A stretch of 64,000 nt of DNA from positions 930,001 to 994,000 of the forward strand of contig NW_027140485.1 of assembly GCF_036365525.1 (NCBI RefSeq), in the 5' to 3' direction. Shown here one piece after another: positions 26,201 through 38,802 of this stretch. How positions within the stretch are numbered: position 1 is the stretch's first letter; the number at the start of each line of letters is the position of its first letter. The DNA is from Heterodontus francisci. Lineage: Eukaryota. The translations under genes were made by a program, and so were the position numbers. The notes under the pieces are model-generated. The model saw only the letters and a list, made by a program, of their open reading frames with translations. It was not told the origin of the DNA and did not search any database.

Positions 26201-29200
26201 CGACAGTGCAGCACTCCGTCAGTTCTGACCCTCCGACAGTGCAGCACTCCCTCAGTACTAACCCTCCGACAGTGCAGCGCTCCCTCAGTACTAACCCTCC
26301 GAAAGTGCAACACTCATTCAGTCCTGGCCCTCTGACAGTGCAGCACTCCCTCAGTACTGACCCTCCGACAGTGCAGCACTCCCTCAGTACTGACCCTCCG
26401 ACAGTGCAGCACTCCGTCAGTTCTGACCCTCTGACAGTGCAGCACTCCCTCAATACTGACCCTCCGACAGTGCAGCACTCCTTCAGTACTGACCCTCCAA
26501 CAGTGCAGAACTCCCTCAGTACTGACCTTCCGACCGTGCAGCACTCCCTCAGTACTGACCCTCCGACAGAGCAGCACTCCCTCAGTACTGACCCTCCGAC
26601 AGTGCAGCACTCCCTCCGTACTGACCCTCCGACAGTGCAGCACTCCCTCAGTACTGACCTTCCGACCGTGCAGCACTCCCACAGTACTGACCCTCTGACA
26701 GTGCAGCAATCACTCAGTATTGACCCTCCGACGGGGCAGCACACCCTCAGTACTAACCTTCGGACAGTGCAGCACTCCCTCAGTACTGACCCTCCAACAG
26801 TGCAGCACTGCCTCAGGACTGTCCATCTGACAGTGCAGCACTCCCTCAGTACTTACCCTCTGACAATGCAGCACTCCCGCAGTACTTACCCTCTGACAGT
26901 GCAGCACTCACTCAGCATTGACCCTCCGACGGTGCAGCACTCCCTCAGTACTCTGCCTCTGACAGTGCAGCACTCCCTCAGTACTGACCCTCCAACAGTG
27001 CAGCACTCCCTCAGTACTGACCCTCCAACCGTGCAGCACTCACACAGTACTGACATACCGACAGTGCAGCACTCCCACAGTACTGACCCTCCAACAGTGT
27101 AGCACTCCCTCAGTACTGACCCTCCAACCGTGCAGCACTCACACAGTACTGACATGCCGACAGTGCAGCACTCCCACAGTACTGACCCTCCAACAGTGTA
27201 GCACTCCCACGGCACTGTCCCTCTGACAGTACAGCACTCCCTCAGTACTGACCCTCCAACAGTGCAGCACTCCCTCAGTACTGACCCTCTGACATTGCAG
27301 CACTCCCTCAGTACTGACCCTCCAACAGTGCAACACTCCCTCAGTACTGTCCATCAGACAGTGCAGCACTCCTTCAGTACTGACCCTCTGACAGTGCAGC
27401 ACTCCCTCAGTACTGACCCTCCAACAGTGCAGCACTCCCACAGTACTGGCCCTCGAACAGTGCAGCACTCCCTCAGTACTGACCCTCCAACAGTGCAGCA
27501 CACCCTCAGTACTGAACATCCGACAGTGCAGCAGTCCCTCAGTACTGACCCTCCAACAGTGCAGGACTCGCTCAGTACTGACCTTCCGACAGTGCAGGAC
27601 TCGCTCAGTACTGACCCTCCAACAGTGCAGCACTCCCTCAGTACTGACCTTCCGACAGTGCAGCACTCCCTCAGTACTGACCTTCGGATAGTGCAGCACT
27701 CCCTCAGTACTGACCCTCCGACAGCGCAGCACACCCACAGTACTGACCCTCTGACAGTGCAGCACTCACTCAGTATTGACCCTCCGACGGTGCAGCACTC
27801 CCTCAGTACTGACCCTCCGACAGTGCAGCACTCCCTCAGTACTGACCCTCCGACGGTGCAGCACTCCCTCAGTACTGACCCTCCGATGGTGCAGCACTCC
27901 CTCAGTACTGACCTTCGGATAGTGCAGCACTCCCTCAGTACTGACCCTCCGACAGTGCAGCACTCCTTTAGTACTTACCCTCTGACAGTGCAGCACTCCC
28001 TCAGGACTGTCCATCTGACAGTGCAGCACTCCCTCAGTACTTACACTCTGACAGTGAAGCACTCCTTTAGTACTTACCCTCTGACAGTGCAGCAATCCCT
28101 GAGTACTGGCCCTCGAACAGTGCAGCACTCCCACAGTACTGGCCCTCGAACAGTGCAGCACTCCCTCAGTACTGACCCTCCAACAGTGCAGCACTCCCAC
28201 AGAACCAACCCTCCAACAGTGCAGCAGTCCCTCAGTACTGATCCTCTGACAGTGCAGCACTCCCTCAGTACCGACCCTCCGACAGTGCAGCACTCCCTCA
28301 GTACTGACCCTCCAACAGAGCAGCACTCCCTCAGTACTGACCCTCTGACAGTGCAGCACTCCCTCAGTTCCGACCCTCCGACAGAGCAGCACTCCCTCAG
28401 TACTGACCCTCTGACAGTGCAGCACTCCCTCAGTACCGACCCTCCGACAGTGCAGCATTCCCTCAGTACTGACCCTCTGACATTACAGCATTCCATCATT
28501 ACTGACCCTCCAACAGAGCAGCACTCCCTCAGTACTGACCCTCCAACAGAGCAGCACTCCCTCAGTACTGACCCTCCAACAGAGCAGCACTCCCTCAGTA
28601 CTGACCCTCCGACAGTGCAGCACTCACTCACTGCTGCCCCTCTGACAGTGCGCTGTCCCTCGGTTTTGCGTACTATTTGTCATAATTCTGCTCTCCCTTC
28701 CGCTCCTCACCCGATCCTCTCTATCCCTCCTCTACCATATCCGACAATCTCTAACTGAACTCTATCGTCTCCCTTTCATTACACTCCACTCTCGCTTTGA
28801 TCTGGTCTTAATCATCTCAATCTTCCCTAATGCAATCTCCCCTCACTTGTTGATGACTAGAATTGGTGTTGGACTCCATGGGCAACGTGATGGTTGATTG
28901 GCAAGTGGAGTAACAATAATACAATGGACAGGATTACATAAGACCATAAGAAATCGGAGTAGGAGTAGGCCATTCAGCCCCTCAAGCCTGCCCCGCCATT
29001 CAATAAGATCATGGCTGATCTGTCCCAGGCCTCAACTCCTCTTTCGGGCCTGCTCTGCCTAACCCTCGGCTCCCCGAGATTTAAAAAATCTATCTACCTC
29101 CTCGTTAAATACATTTATTGACCTAAGCTCCACAACTTCTGAGGTAGAGATTTTACTGTGGGATTCGGGATCCCAACATCGGGATGAAATGGGATTCTGA

Positions 29201-29303
29201 GCCTGCCTTTCCCGGCAGTGGGACTGGCCCAGCAATTTTCCCAGAGGGGGCTCCTAATTGGCTACCTCGTGGTTCAGGCGTGATGTAGATACTGTTGGCC
29301 TAA
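23248..29303 (+). repeat. Segmental duplication copy B
   Basis: Same CR1 fragments, RTE fragment, unique spacer and 33-bp array as copy A. Its array is longer and it lacks the SINE at 3183-3505. Confidence 0.95.
25446..28655. repeat. 33-bp minisatellite, about 97 units
   Basis: Same unit as 2177-3010, with more diverged units in the 3' part. Confidence 0.95.
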
Positions 29304-30416
29304 CCGGAGGGCTGGCAGCTTTGGAGCCTCAGAAGCTCCATTGGGAGTGGTGGTAGCTGCTGAGGTAGTTCAGAGAAAAACTGGTCGGAGACGTGAGTTT
29401 TATCTTCCGGGCGGCCCGCAGGGACTGCAGGGAGACATCGTTCCTGCCCATTGCCTCCTCTTTGGGCCATGGCTGCCTGTACGGCCACAAGGAGGTCATC
29501 TCTGTGAAGCTAGTGGTCTCCCCACACAGCAGGGAACTATTTCACCACCAGCTGAATGCTGCTAGGCCCAAGTGGGTTGTTAGATATTTAAGTTGGCTGT
29601 CAGCCTACATTCTGGAGCTGTCCCAATGCAGCTTCCTGCTGTGAATGTTCTGCCCAATGGTACAGCAGTAACCAGCTATGGCCACTGGGAGATGCCAGTG
29701 TACCAGTTATAAACTATACACTGTGTGAACAACATCCTGAACCCGAGAAAGAATTACAAAAATAACAAACAGGAAAAGTCCCTCTCTCATACCGTCATGG
29801 GACAACCTAGCATCCTGACTCCCATCACCTTTCACCCAGCAACAGCAACACAATCTCATGGGAAAGGCAACGAAAGAGACAAGAAAACCAACATTAGGAA
29901 GGGTTTTGATACAGTCAATCAGGAGAAATCATGTCCAATGGTTGAAGGAACTGGGGGTGGGGATAGTGGAAGGGCTTGCCATAATCTTCCAATCTTCCTG
30001 GATATGGGGAGGTGCCAGAGGATTGGAGAATGGTGAATTCAAGGAAGGGTGTAAGGACAGTCCTAACAACTACAGTCCAGTTAGTTTAACATCAGTGGTG
30101 GGTAAGGTTTTAGAAACAATGATCGCGAAAATAAAGCAACAGGCACTTGGAGAGGTTTGAGTCAATTATAAGGAGAGTCAGATCATGTTCGACTAATCTA
30201 ATTGAATTTTTTGATGAAGTAACAGAGAAGGTTGATGAAGGGAATACAGTGGATGTTGTCTATATGGATTTTAAGAATGCATTTGACAAAGTACCACATA
30301 AAAGGCTGGTTCACAAAATTGAGGTTGTTAGAACAGGAGGGTCAGTGTCAGAAATAAAAACAGAAAGTTCTGGAAATTCTCATCAGGTCTGGCAGCATCT
30401 GTGGAGAGAGAAGCAG

Positions 30417-30453
30417 AGTTAACGTTTCATGTCAGTGACCCTTCATCAGAACT
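30417..30453 (-). ncRNA. Minimal hammerhead ribozyme motif (Penelope terminal repeat)
   Basis: Reverse complement: AGTT-CTGATGA-AGGGTCACTGACAT-GAAACGT-T-AACT. Stem II is partly mutated. Confidence 0.6.
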
Positions 30454-30976
30454 GGCAAAGGTTAGAAAAGTAATAGGTTTTAAGCAAGCGAAAAGCGGGG
30501 AGGGGAGAAGAACAAAAGGGAAGGTGTGTGATAGGGCAGAGGGCAGGAGAGATTAAATGACAAAGATGTCTTGGAACAATGGCAAAGGGAATATTAAAAG
30601 ACAAAGTAATAGTACAGAAAAAGTGATAATGGGAGAATAGTGAACAGCCCTGTCCAAGAGCAAAATTCTGAAAAACATGTTTAAAACAGGCACATGGTTA
30701 AAAATAAAATAAAATAAAAATGGCAGTCATGCTCTGAAATTATTGAACTCAATGTTGAGTCCAGAAGGCTGTAGAGTGCCTCATTGGAAGAGGAGGTGAC
30801 GTTCCTCGAGTTTGCTTTGAGTTTCACTGGAACACTGCAGGAGGCCGAGGATGGAAATGTGGACCTGAGAGCAGGGTGGTGAAGTAAAATGGCAAGCAAC
30901 CGGAAGCTCAGGAGCATGCTTGTGGACTGAGCGGAGGTGTTCCACAAAGTGGTCACTCCATGAGCATTTGGTCAGT

Positions 30977-31822
30977 GGGGAGGCAGTGGTATAGTGGTAA
31001 TGTCAGTGGCATAGTGGGGAAAGTCTTTGCTCGAGTCGCTTTGAACAGGCTCCAGAAGCTGGCCGAGCGCATCTACCCTGAGGCACAGTGTGGCTTTCGT
31101 GCAGAGAGATCGACCATTGACATGAAATCCTGTGACATTGATCACAAGTCGTGGGAGCCAGTTGCCAGCGTTCACCAGAGCTGGCGGGCAGCCATAAAGA
31201 CGGGGCTAAAATGTGGCGAGTCGAAGAGACTTAATAGTTGGCAGGAAAAAAGACAGAGGCGCAAGGGGAGAGCCAACTGTGCAACAGCCCCGACAAACAA
31301 ATTTCTCTGCAGCACCTGTGGAAGAGTCTGTCACTCTAGAATTGGCCTTTATAGCCACTCCAGGCGCTGCTTCACAAACCACTGACCACCTCCAGGCGCT
31401 TACCCATTGTCTCTCGAGATAAGGAGGCCCAAAGAAGATAGTGGTAACGTCATTGAACTAGTAACCCAGACACCTAAGCAAATGCTCTGGGCTCATGGAT
31501 TTGAATCCCACCGCTGCAGATGGCATAACTTGAATTTGATTAATAAATCTGGTGTTTAAAAACGAGTCTAATGGTGACCATGATGCCATTGTCAATTGTT
31601 GTAAAAGCCCATCTGGTTCATTAATGCTCCTTAGGGAAACAAATCTGCTGTCCTTACCCGGTTTGGCCTCTATGTGACTCCATATGCATGAGCAAATGAG
31701 GTTGATACTGAGCTGTGCTCTGAAACGGCTGAGCAAGCTAACCAGTTCAGGGCAGTTAGGAATCGGCAACAAATGCTGACTGAGCCACAGACACTGACGT
31801 CCCATGGAAGAATTAAAAAAAG
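30977..31822 (+). mobile_element. tRNA-headed SINE sharing both ends with LINE family B, interrupted by an RTE
   Basis: GGGGAGGCAGTGGTATAGTGG head, body similar to 45089-45394, 3' tail similar to 47855-47930. Confidence 0.8.
31006..31437 (+). mobile_element. Internally deleted RTE-clade LINE with 15-bp TSD
   Basis: GKVFARVALNRL..PEAQCGFRAERSTIDM fused to the C-terminal CSTCGRVCHSRIGLYSH. TSD ATAGTGGTAA(T/C)GTCA at 30991-31005 and 31438-31452. Confidence 0.88.
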
Positions 31823-34627
31823 TAGAGGTGACTGCATTATGAGCAGCCATAAAAAATATAGTATAATAAATTGAAAGAAATACAAGTAAATTGCTGTTTC
31901 ACCTGGAAGGAGTGTTTTGGGCCTTGGAGGTAAAAGGGCAGGTATTACACCTCCTGCGATTGCATGGGGAGGTGTCAGGGGTAATGGAGGACTGAACCAG
32001 GGTGTTGCGGAGGGGATGACCCCTTCAGAATGCTGTCATAGAGTTATACAGCACAGAAACAGGCCCTTCGGCCCATTGTGTCTATGCTGGCCATCAAACA
32101 CCTATCTATTCTAATCCCATTTTTCAGCACTTGGCCGTAGCCTTGTATGCTGTGGCATTTCAAGTGCTCATCTAAATACTTTTTAAATGTTGTGAGGGTT
32201 CCTGCCTCTACCACCCCTTCAGGCAGTGTGTTCCAGATTCCAACCACCCTCTGGGTGAAAAAATTTTGCCTCAAATACTCTCTAAATCTCCTGCCCCTTA
32301 CCTTAAATCTATGCCCCCTGGTTATTGACCCCTCCGCTAAGGGAAAAGGTTTCTTCCTATCTAACCTACAGGAGAAGGGAAGATGTGTTTGAAGGTGGAG
32401 GATGATCCTTTGGATATGGAGGCTGATGGGGTGGAAAGTGAGGACAAGGGGAACCCTGTCACGGTTCTGGGAGGGAGGGGAAGGGGTGAAGATAGAGGTG
32501 CGGGAAATGTGCCGGACACGGTTGAAGGCCCTGTCGACCACAGTGGGGGGAAATCCTCAGTTGAGGAAAAAGGAAGACATATCAGAAGTGCTGTCATGGA
32601 AGGTAGCATCATCAGAGCAGATGCGTCAGAGATGGAGAAGTGTAGTCGAGGTAGCTGTGCGAGTCAGTGGGTTTATAATGAATATTAGTAGACAGCCTAT
32701 CACCAGAGATGGATACAGAGAAGTCAAGGAAGGGAAGTGTCGGAGATAGACCATGTAAAGGTGAGAGAAGGGTGGAAATTAGAAGCAAAGTTGATAAAAT
32801 TTTCCAGTTCGGGGCGGGAGCAGGAAACGGCACTGATACAGTCATCAATGTACCGGAAAAAGAGTTGGGTCAGGGGGCCTGAGTAGGACTGGAACAAAGA
32901 ATGTTTGACATATCCCACAAAAAGACAGGCATAACTAGGACCCATACGGGTACCCATAGTGACACCTTTTACTTGAAGGAAGTGAGTGGAGTTGAAGGAG
33001 AAGTTGTTCAATGTGAGAACAGGTTCAGCCAGGCAGAGGAGGGTGGTGGTAGATGGGGACTGGTTGGGCCTCTGTTCAAGGAAGAAGCAGAGAGTCCTCA
33101 AACCATCCCGGTGGGAGATGGAGGTGTAGAGAGATTGGGTGTAGGGCATCAGAAGAGTCACGGATGTAGGTGGGAAGAGGGGAGAAAAACTAGAGTCAAG
33201 ATATGAAGAAGTAAGTTAAGTGGGGCAGGAGCAGGCTGACACAATGGGTCTGCCTGGACAGTCCTGCTTGTGGATTTTGGGAAGGAGGTAGAAGCGGGCT
33301 GTCCGGGGTTGTGGGACTATGAGGTTGGAAGCTGTAGAGGGAAGATCTCCAGAGGAGATGAGGTCAGTGACAGTCCTGTGGACAGCAGCTTGATGTTCGG
33401 TGATGGGGTCATGGTCCAGGGGCAAGTAGGAACAAGTGTCTGAGAGTTGGCACTGAGCCTCTGCAGGGTAGAGGTAGGCACGCCGGACAACAACAGCACC
33501 ACCCTCGTCTGCAGGTTTGATGACCATGTCGGGGTTAGACCTGAGAGAACGGAGTGCGGGACGTTCGGAGGGGGACAGGTTAGAGTGAGTGAGGGGGTCA
33601 GAGAAATTGAGATGACCAATGTCTCGCCGACAGTTTTCAATGAAAAGATCAAGAGTGGGTAAGAGAATGCTGTAGGCGGGTGAATGGGTCTGTTGGTCGG
33701 GGGGAGGACTCCTGGTCAAAGAAGTGAGCCCAGAGGCGGAGGCAACTGAAGAAGAGCTCAACTTCATGCCGAGCGCGAATTTCATTGAGGTGGGGGTGTA
33801 AGGGGATAAAACTGAGTCCTTTGCTGAATACAGAACGTTCAGCGTTTTTAAAATTCATTCATGACATGTGGGTGTCACTGGCTAGGCCAGCATTTATTTC
33901 CCATCCCTAATTGTCCTTGAGAAGGTGGTGGTGAGCTGCCTTCTTGAACTGAAGCAGTCCATTTGGGGCAGGTACACCCACAGTGCTGTTAGGAAGGGAG
34001 TTCCAGGATTTTGACCAAGTGACAGTGAAGGAACGGCGATATAGTTCCAAGTCAGGATGGTGTGTGACTTGGAGGGGAACTTGCAGGTGGTGGTGTTCCC
34101 ATGTATTTGCTGCCCTTGTCCTTCTAGTTGGTAGAGGTCATGGGTTCGGAAGGTGCTGTCGAAGGAGCCTTGATGCATTGCTGCAGTGCATCTTGTAGAT
34201 GGTACACACTGCTGCCACTGTGCGTCGGTGGTGGAGGGAGTGAATGTTTGTAGATGGGGTGCCAATCAAGCGGGCTGCTTTGTCCTGGATGGTGTTGAGC
34301 TTCTTGAGTGTTGTTGGAGTTGCACCCATCCAGGCAAGTGGAGAGTATTCCATCACATTCCTGACTTGTGCCTTGTAGATGGTGGACAGGCTTTGGGGAG
34401 TCAGGAGGTGAGTTACTCGCCGCAGGATTCTGAGCCTCTGACCTGCTCTTGTAGCCACGGTATTTATATGGCTACTCCAGTTCAGTTTCTGGTCAATGGT
34501 GACCCCTAGGATGTTGATAGTGGGGGATTCAGCGATTGTAATGCCATTGATTGTAAAGGGGAGATGGTTAGATTCTCTCTTGTTGGAGATGGTCATTGCC
34601 TGGCACTTGTGTGGCATGAATGTTACA

Positions 34628-35402
34628 AGAGTGAACTATACAGTAAATGGAAAAGTCCTGGGGAAAATTCATGTCCAGAGAGATTTGGGTGTTCAGGTCC
34701 ATTGTTCCCTGAAGGTGGCAACGCAGGTCAATGGAGTGGTCAAGAAGGCATACGGCATGCTTTCCTTCATCGGACGGGGTATTGAGTACAAGAGTTGGCA
34801 GGTCATGTTACAGTTGTATAGGACTTTGGTTCGGCCACATTTGGAATACTGCGTGCAGTTCTGGTCGCCACATTACCAAAAGGATGTGGATGCTTTGGAG
34901 AGGGTGCAGAGGAGGTTCACCAGGATGTTGCCTGGTATGGAGGGCGCTAGCTATGAAGAGAGGTTGAGTATATTAGGATTATTTTCATTAGAAAGACGGA
35001 GGTTGAGGGGGGACCTGATTGAGGTGTACAAAATCATGAGAGGTATAGACAGGGTGGATAGCAAGAAGCTTTTTCCCAGAGTGGGGGATTCAATTACAAG
35101 GGGATACGAGTTCAAAGTGAAAGGGGAAAAGTTTAGGGGGGATATGCGTGGAAAGTTCTTTACGCAGAGGGTGGTGGGTGCATGGAACGCATTACCAGCG
35201 GAGGTGGTAGACGCAGGCACGATAGCGTCTTTTAAGATGTATCTAGACAGATACATGAATGGGCAGGAAGTAAAGAGATACAGACCCTTAGAAAATAGGC
35301 GACAGGTTTAGATAGAGGATTTGGATCGGCGTAGGCTTGGAGGGCCGAAGGGCCTGTTCCTTTGCTGTAATTTTCTTTGTTCTTTGTTCTTTGTTGTTCT
35401 TT
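34628..35402 (+). mobile_element. 5'-truncated CR1 nested in LINE B
   Basis: ORF 34496..35311 switches to CR1 sequence (VNYTVNGKVLG..HLEYCVQFWSP); (TTCTTTG)n tail. Confidence 0.9.
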
Positions 35403-37380
35403 GCTACTTATCAGCCCAAGCCTGGATATTGTCCAGGTCTTGCTGCATTTCTACATGGACTGCTTCAGTATCTGAGGAGTCATGAATGGTGCTGAACATT
35501 GTGCAATCATCAGCGAACATCCCCACTTCTGACCTTGTGATTCAAGGAAGGTCATTGATGAAGCAGCTGAAGATGGTTGGGCCTAGGACACGATCCTGAG
35601 GAACTCCTACAGTGATGTCCTGGGACTGAGATGATTGACCTCCAACAACCACAACCATCTTCCTTTGCGCTAGGTATGACTCCAACCAGCAGAGAGTTTT
35701 CCCCCGATTCCCATTGACCTCAGTTTTGCTCGGGCTCCTTGATGCCATATTCGGTCAAATGCTGCCTTGATGTCAAGGGCAGTCACTCTCACCTCACCTC
35801 TTGAGTTCAGCTCTTTTGTCCATGTTTGAACCAAGGCTGTAATAAGGTCAGGAGCTGAGTGGCCCTGGCGAAACCGAAACTGGGTATCACTGAGCAGGTT
35901 GTTGCTCAGCAAGTGCTGCTTGATGGCACTGTTGATGACGCCTTCCATCACTTTGCTGATGATTGAGAGTAGGCTGATGGGGCGGTAATTGGCCGGGTTG
36001 GACTTGTCCTGCTTTTTGTGTACAGGACATACCTGGGCAATTGCCAGGTAAATGCCAGTGTTGTAGCTGTACTGGAACAGCTTGGCTAGGTGTGCAGCAA
36101 GTTCTGGAGCACAGGTCTTCAGTACTATTGCCGGAATATTGTTAGGGCCCATAGCCTTTGCAGTATCCAGTGTCTTCAGTCGTTTCTTGTTATCACGCGG
36201 AGTGAATCGAATTGGCTGAAGTCTGGCATCTGTGATGCTGGGGACTTCAGGAGGAGGCTGAGATGGATCATCAACTCGGCACTTCTGGCTGAAGATTGTT
36301 GCAAATGCTTCAGCCTTATCTTTCACACTGATGTGCTGGGCTCCCCCATCATTGAGGATGGGGATATTTGTGGAGCCACCTCCTCCAGTTAGTTGTTTAA
36401 TTGTCCACCACCATTCACGGCTGGATGTGGCAGGACCACAGAGCTTAGATCTGATCCATTGTTTATGGGATCGCTTAGCTCTGTCTATCGCATGCCGCTT
36501 ACGCAGTTTGGCATGCAAGTAGTCCTGGGTTGTAGCTTCACCAGGTTGTTACCTCATTTTGAGGTATGCCTAGTGCTGCTCCTGGCATGCCCTCCTGCAC
36601 TCTTCATTGAAACAGGGTTGGTCTCCTGGCTTGATGATAATGTTAGAGTGGGGGATATGCCGGGCCATGAGGTTACAGATTGTGGTTGAATACAATTCTG
36701 CTGCTGCTGATGACCCACAGTGCCTCATGGATGCCCAGCTTTGCATTGCTAGATCTGTTCAAAATCTATCTCATTTAGCACGGTGATAGTGCCACACAAC
36801 ACGATAGAGGGTATCCTCAATGTGAAGGCAGGACTTTGTCTCCGCAAGGACTGTGCGGTGGTCACTCCTACCAATACTGTCATGGACAGATGCATCTGCG
36901 GCAGGCAGATTGGTGAGGATGAGGCCAAGTATGTTTTTCCCTCACCACCTGCCACAGACCCAGTCTAGCAGCTATGTCCTTTAGGACTCAGCCAGTAGTG
37001 GTGCTACTGAGCCACTCTTGGTGATGGACATTGAAGTCCCCCACCCAGAGTCCATTTTGTGCCCTTACCACCCTTGGTGCTTCCTCCAAGTGGTGTTCAA
37101 CATGGAGGAGTACTGATTCATCAGCTGAGGGAGGGCAGTAGGTGGTAATCAACGGGAGGTTTCCTTGCCCATGTTTGGCCTGATGCCACAAGACTTCATA
37201 GGGTTTGAAGTTGATGTTGAGAACTCCCAGGGCAACTCCCTCCTGACTGTATATCACTGTGTCATCACCTCTGCTGGGTCTGTCCTGCTGCTGGGACAGG
37301 ACATACTTGGGGATGGTGATGGCTGGTTCTGGGACATTGTCTGTAAGGTATGATTCTGTGAGTATGACTATGTCAGGCTG

Positions 37381-37996
37381 TTTGCCATTTCAACACTCCC
37401 CCCTGCTCTCATGCTCACATCTCTGGGATTGCTGCAGTGTTCCAGTGAACATCAACGCAAGCTTGAGGAACAGCATCTCATTTACCGATTAGGCACACTA
37501 CAGCCTACCGGACTGAACATTGAGTTCAATAATTTCAGAGCAGGACAGCCCCCCCACTTTACTTTTATTTTTAGTTATTTTTTCTTTTTTTTTCTTTTTT
37601 ACATTTTTTACAATTTTTTTTTGTTTATTTCATTTCATCTTAGTTTGTTCAGTTTGCTTATCCACTTTTCTTTTCATGTTTGTACTTGCTGCTGTTCAAT
37701 ATTCAGTCTGTTAACACCCTATCTGTACTAATGCTTTGTCTTTCAATACACCATTAACATATTGTTTGCCTTTGCTCCATGACCTTTTGGTCAGCTATGT
37801 GCCCTTGTCCAATCTACACCTTCTCCTTTGTTATCTCTTGTCCCACCCCCGCCTCACTTGCTTCTAACCTTTGACATTTCTAATATTTGCTAGTTCTGAA
37901 GAAGGGTCACTGACCCGAAACGTTAACTCTGTTTCTCTTTCCACAGATGCTGCCAGACCTGCTGAGTGGTTCCAGCATTTCTTGTTTTTATTTCAG
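37381..37996 (+). mobile_element. 5'-truncated Penelope-like element (GIY-YIG end + terminal repeat)
   Basis: KLEEQHLIYRLGTLQPTGLNIEF; flanked by direct repeat TCAGGCTGTT (37373-37382, 37993-38002). Confidence 0.88.
37892..37928 (+). ncRNA. Minimal type-I hammerhead ribozyme motif in Penelope terminal repeat
   Basis: AGTT-CTGAAGA-A-GGGTC-ACT-GACCC-GAA-ACGT-T-AACT: stem I AGTT/AACT, stem II GGGTC/GACCC, conserved cores, palindromic ACGT in place of stem III. Confidence 0.75.
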
Positions 37997-38766
37997 GCTG
38001 TTGCTTGACTGGTCTGTGGGACAGCTCTCCCAACTTTGGCACAAGCCCCCAGATGTTAGTAAGGAGGACTTTGCAGGGGTGACCAGGCTGGGTTTGCCAC
38101 TATTGTTTCCAGTGTCGGATGGTCTGTCCAGTTTCATGCTTTTTTATTGACTTTGTAGCAGTTCGATACAACTGAGTGGTTTGCTAGGCCATTTCAGAAT
38201 CAACCACATTGTCGTGGCTCTGGAGTCACATGGAGACTTGACCACATAAGGATAGCAGATTTCCTTCCCTAAAGGGCATCACTGAACCACATGGGTTTTT
38301 ACTTCAATGGGCAGAAGTTTCACGGCCGTTATTAGAATAGCTTTTAATTCCAGATTAATTAATTTCAAATTCCACTTTTTGCTGTGCTGGGATTCGAGCC
38401 TATATTCTCAGAAGAATACCTTGTGTCATCAATCCAGTGACAAAACCACTATGCCACCACCTCCCCTTGTGTTAATGATGGGAAGGTCAGAGCGTATTGT
38501 GAATACACAGCAAGGGGTCAGATTAGGAGAAGGGATGGGGTCAGATGGAAGTGAAGGGGAAGAAGGATCTGGAGGGGCATTAGTCCCCATCAGCTGCTGG
38601 AGCTTGCGTTGCTTAACACCTGAAAGGAAGAAAAAAAGTTTTTTGTTAATACGTCGTATGAGACGAAGGCTGAAATGAAACTGCGGAGGAGAACAGCTTT
38701 GAGATAAAAACAAGAAATGCCGGAAATACTCAGCAGGTCTGGCAGCATCTGTGGAGAGAGAAACAG

Positions 38767-38802
38767 AGTTAATGTTTCAGGTCAGTGACCCTTCATCAGA
38801 AC
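38767..38802 (-). ncRNA. Hammerhead motif in an approximately 100-bp solo Penelope terminal insertion
   Basis: Reverse complement: GTT-CTGATGA-AGGGTCACTGACCT-GAAACAT-T-AACT. The insert is flanked by TTTGAGATAA (38698-38707, 38808-38817). Confidence 0.55.

Larger units (their letters stand above)
33846..38467 (-). mobile_element. LINE family B (CR1/L2-supergroup, single APE-RT ORF, tRNA-like 5' head), decayed
   Basis: APE (GDFNVHH), RT (NYRPISLLS, ALDIKAAFDR, GVPQ..VLGP), C-terminal YKAQVR..MEYSPLAW, tRNA-like head at 38390-38467. Contains a nested CR1 (34628-35402, +) and a nested Penelope (37381-37996, +). Confidence 0.85.
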
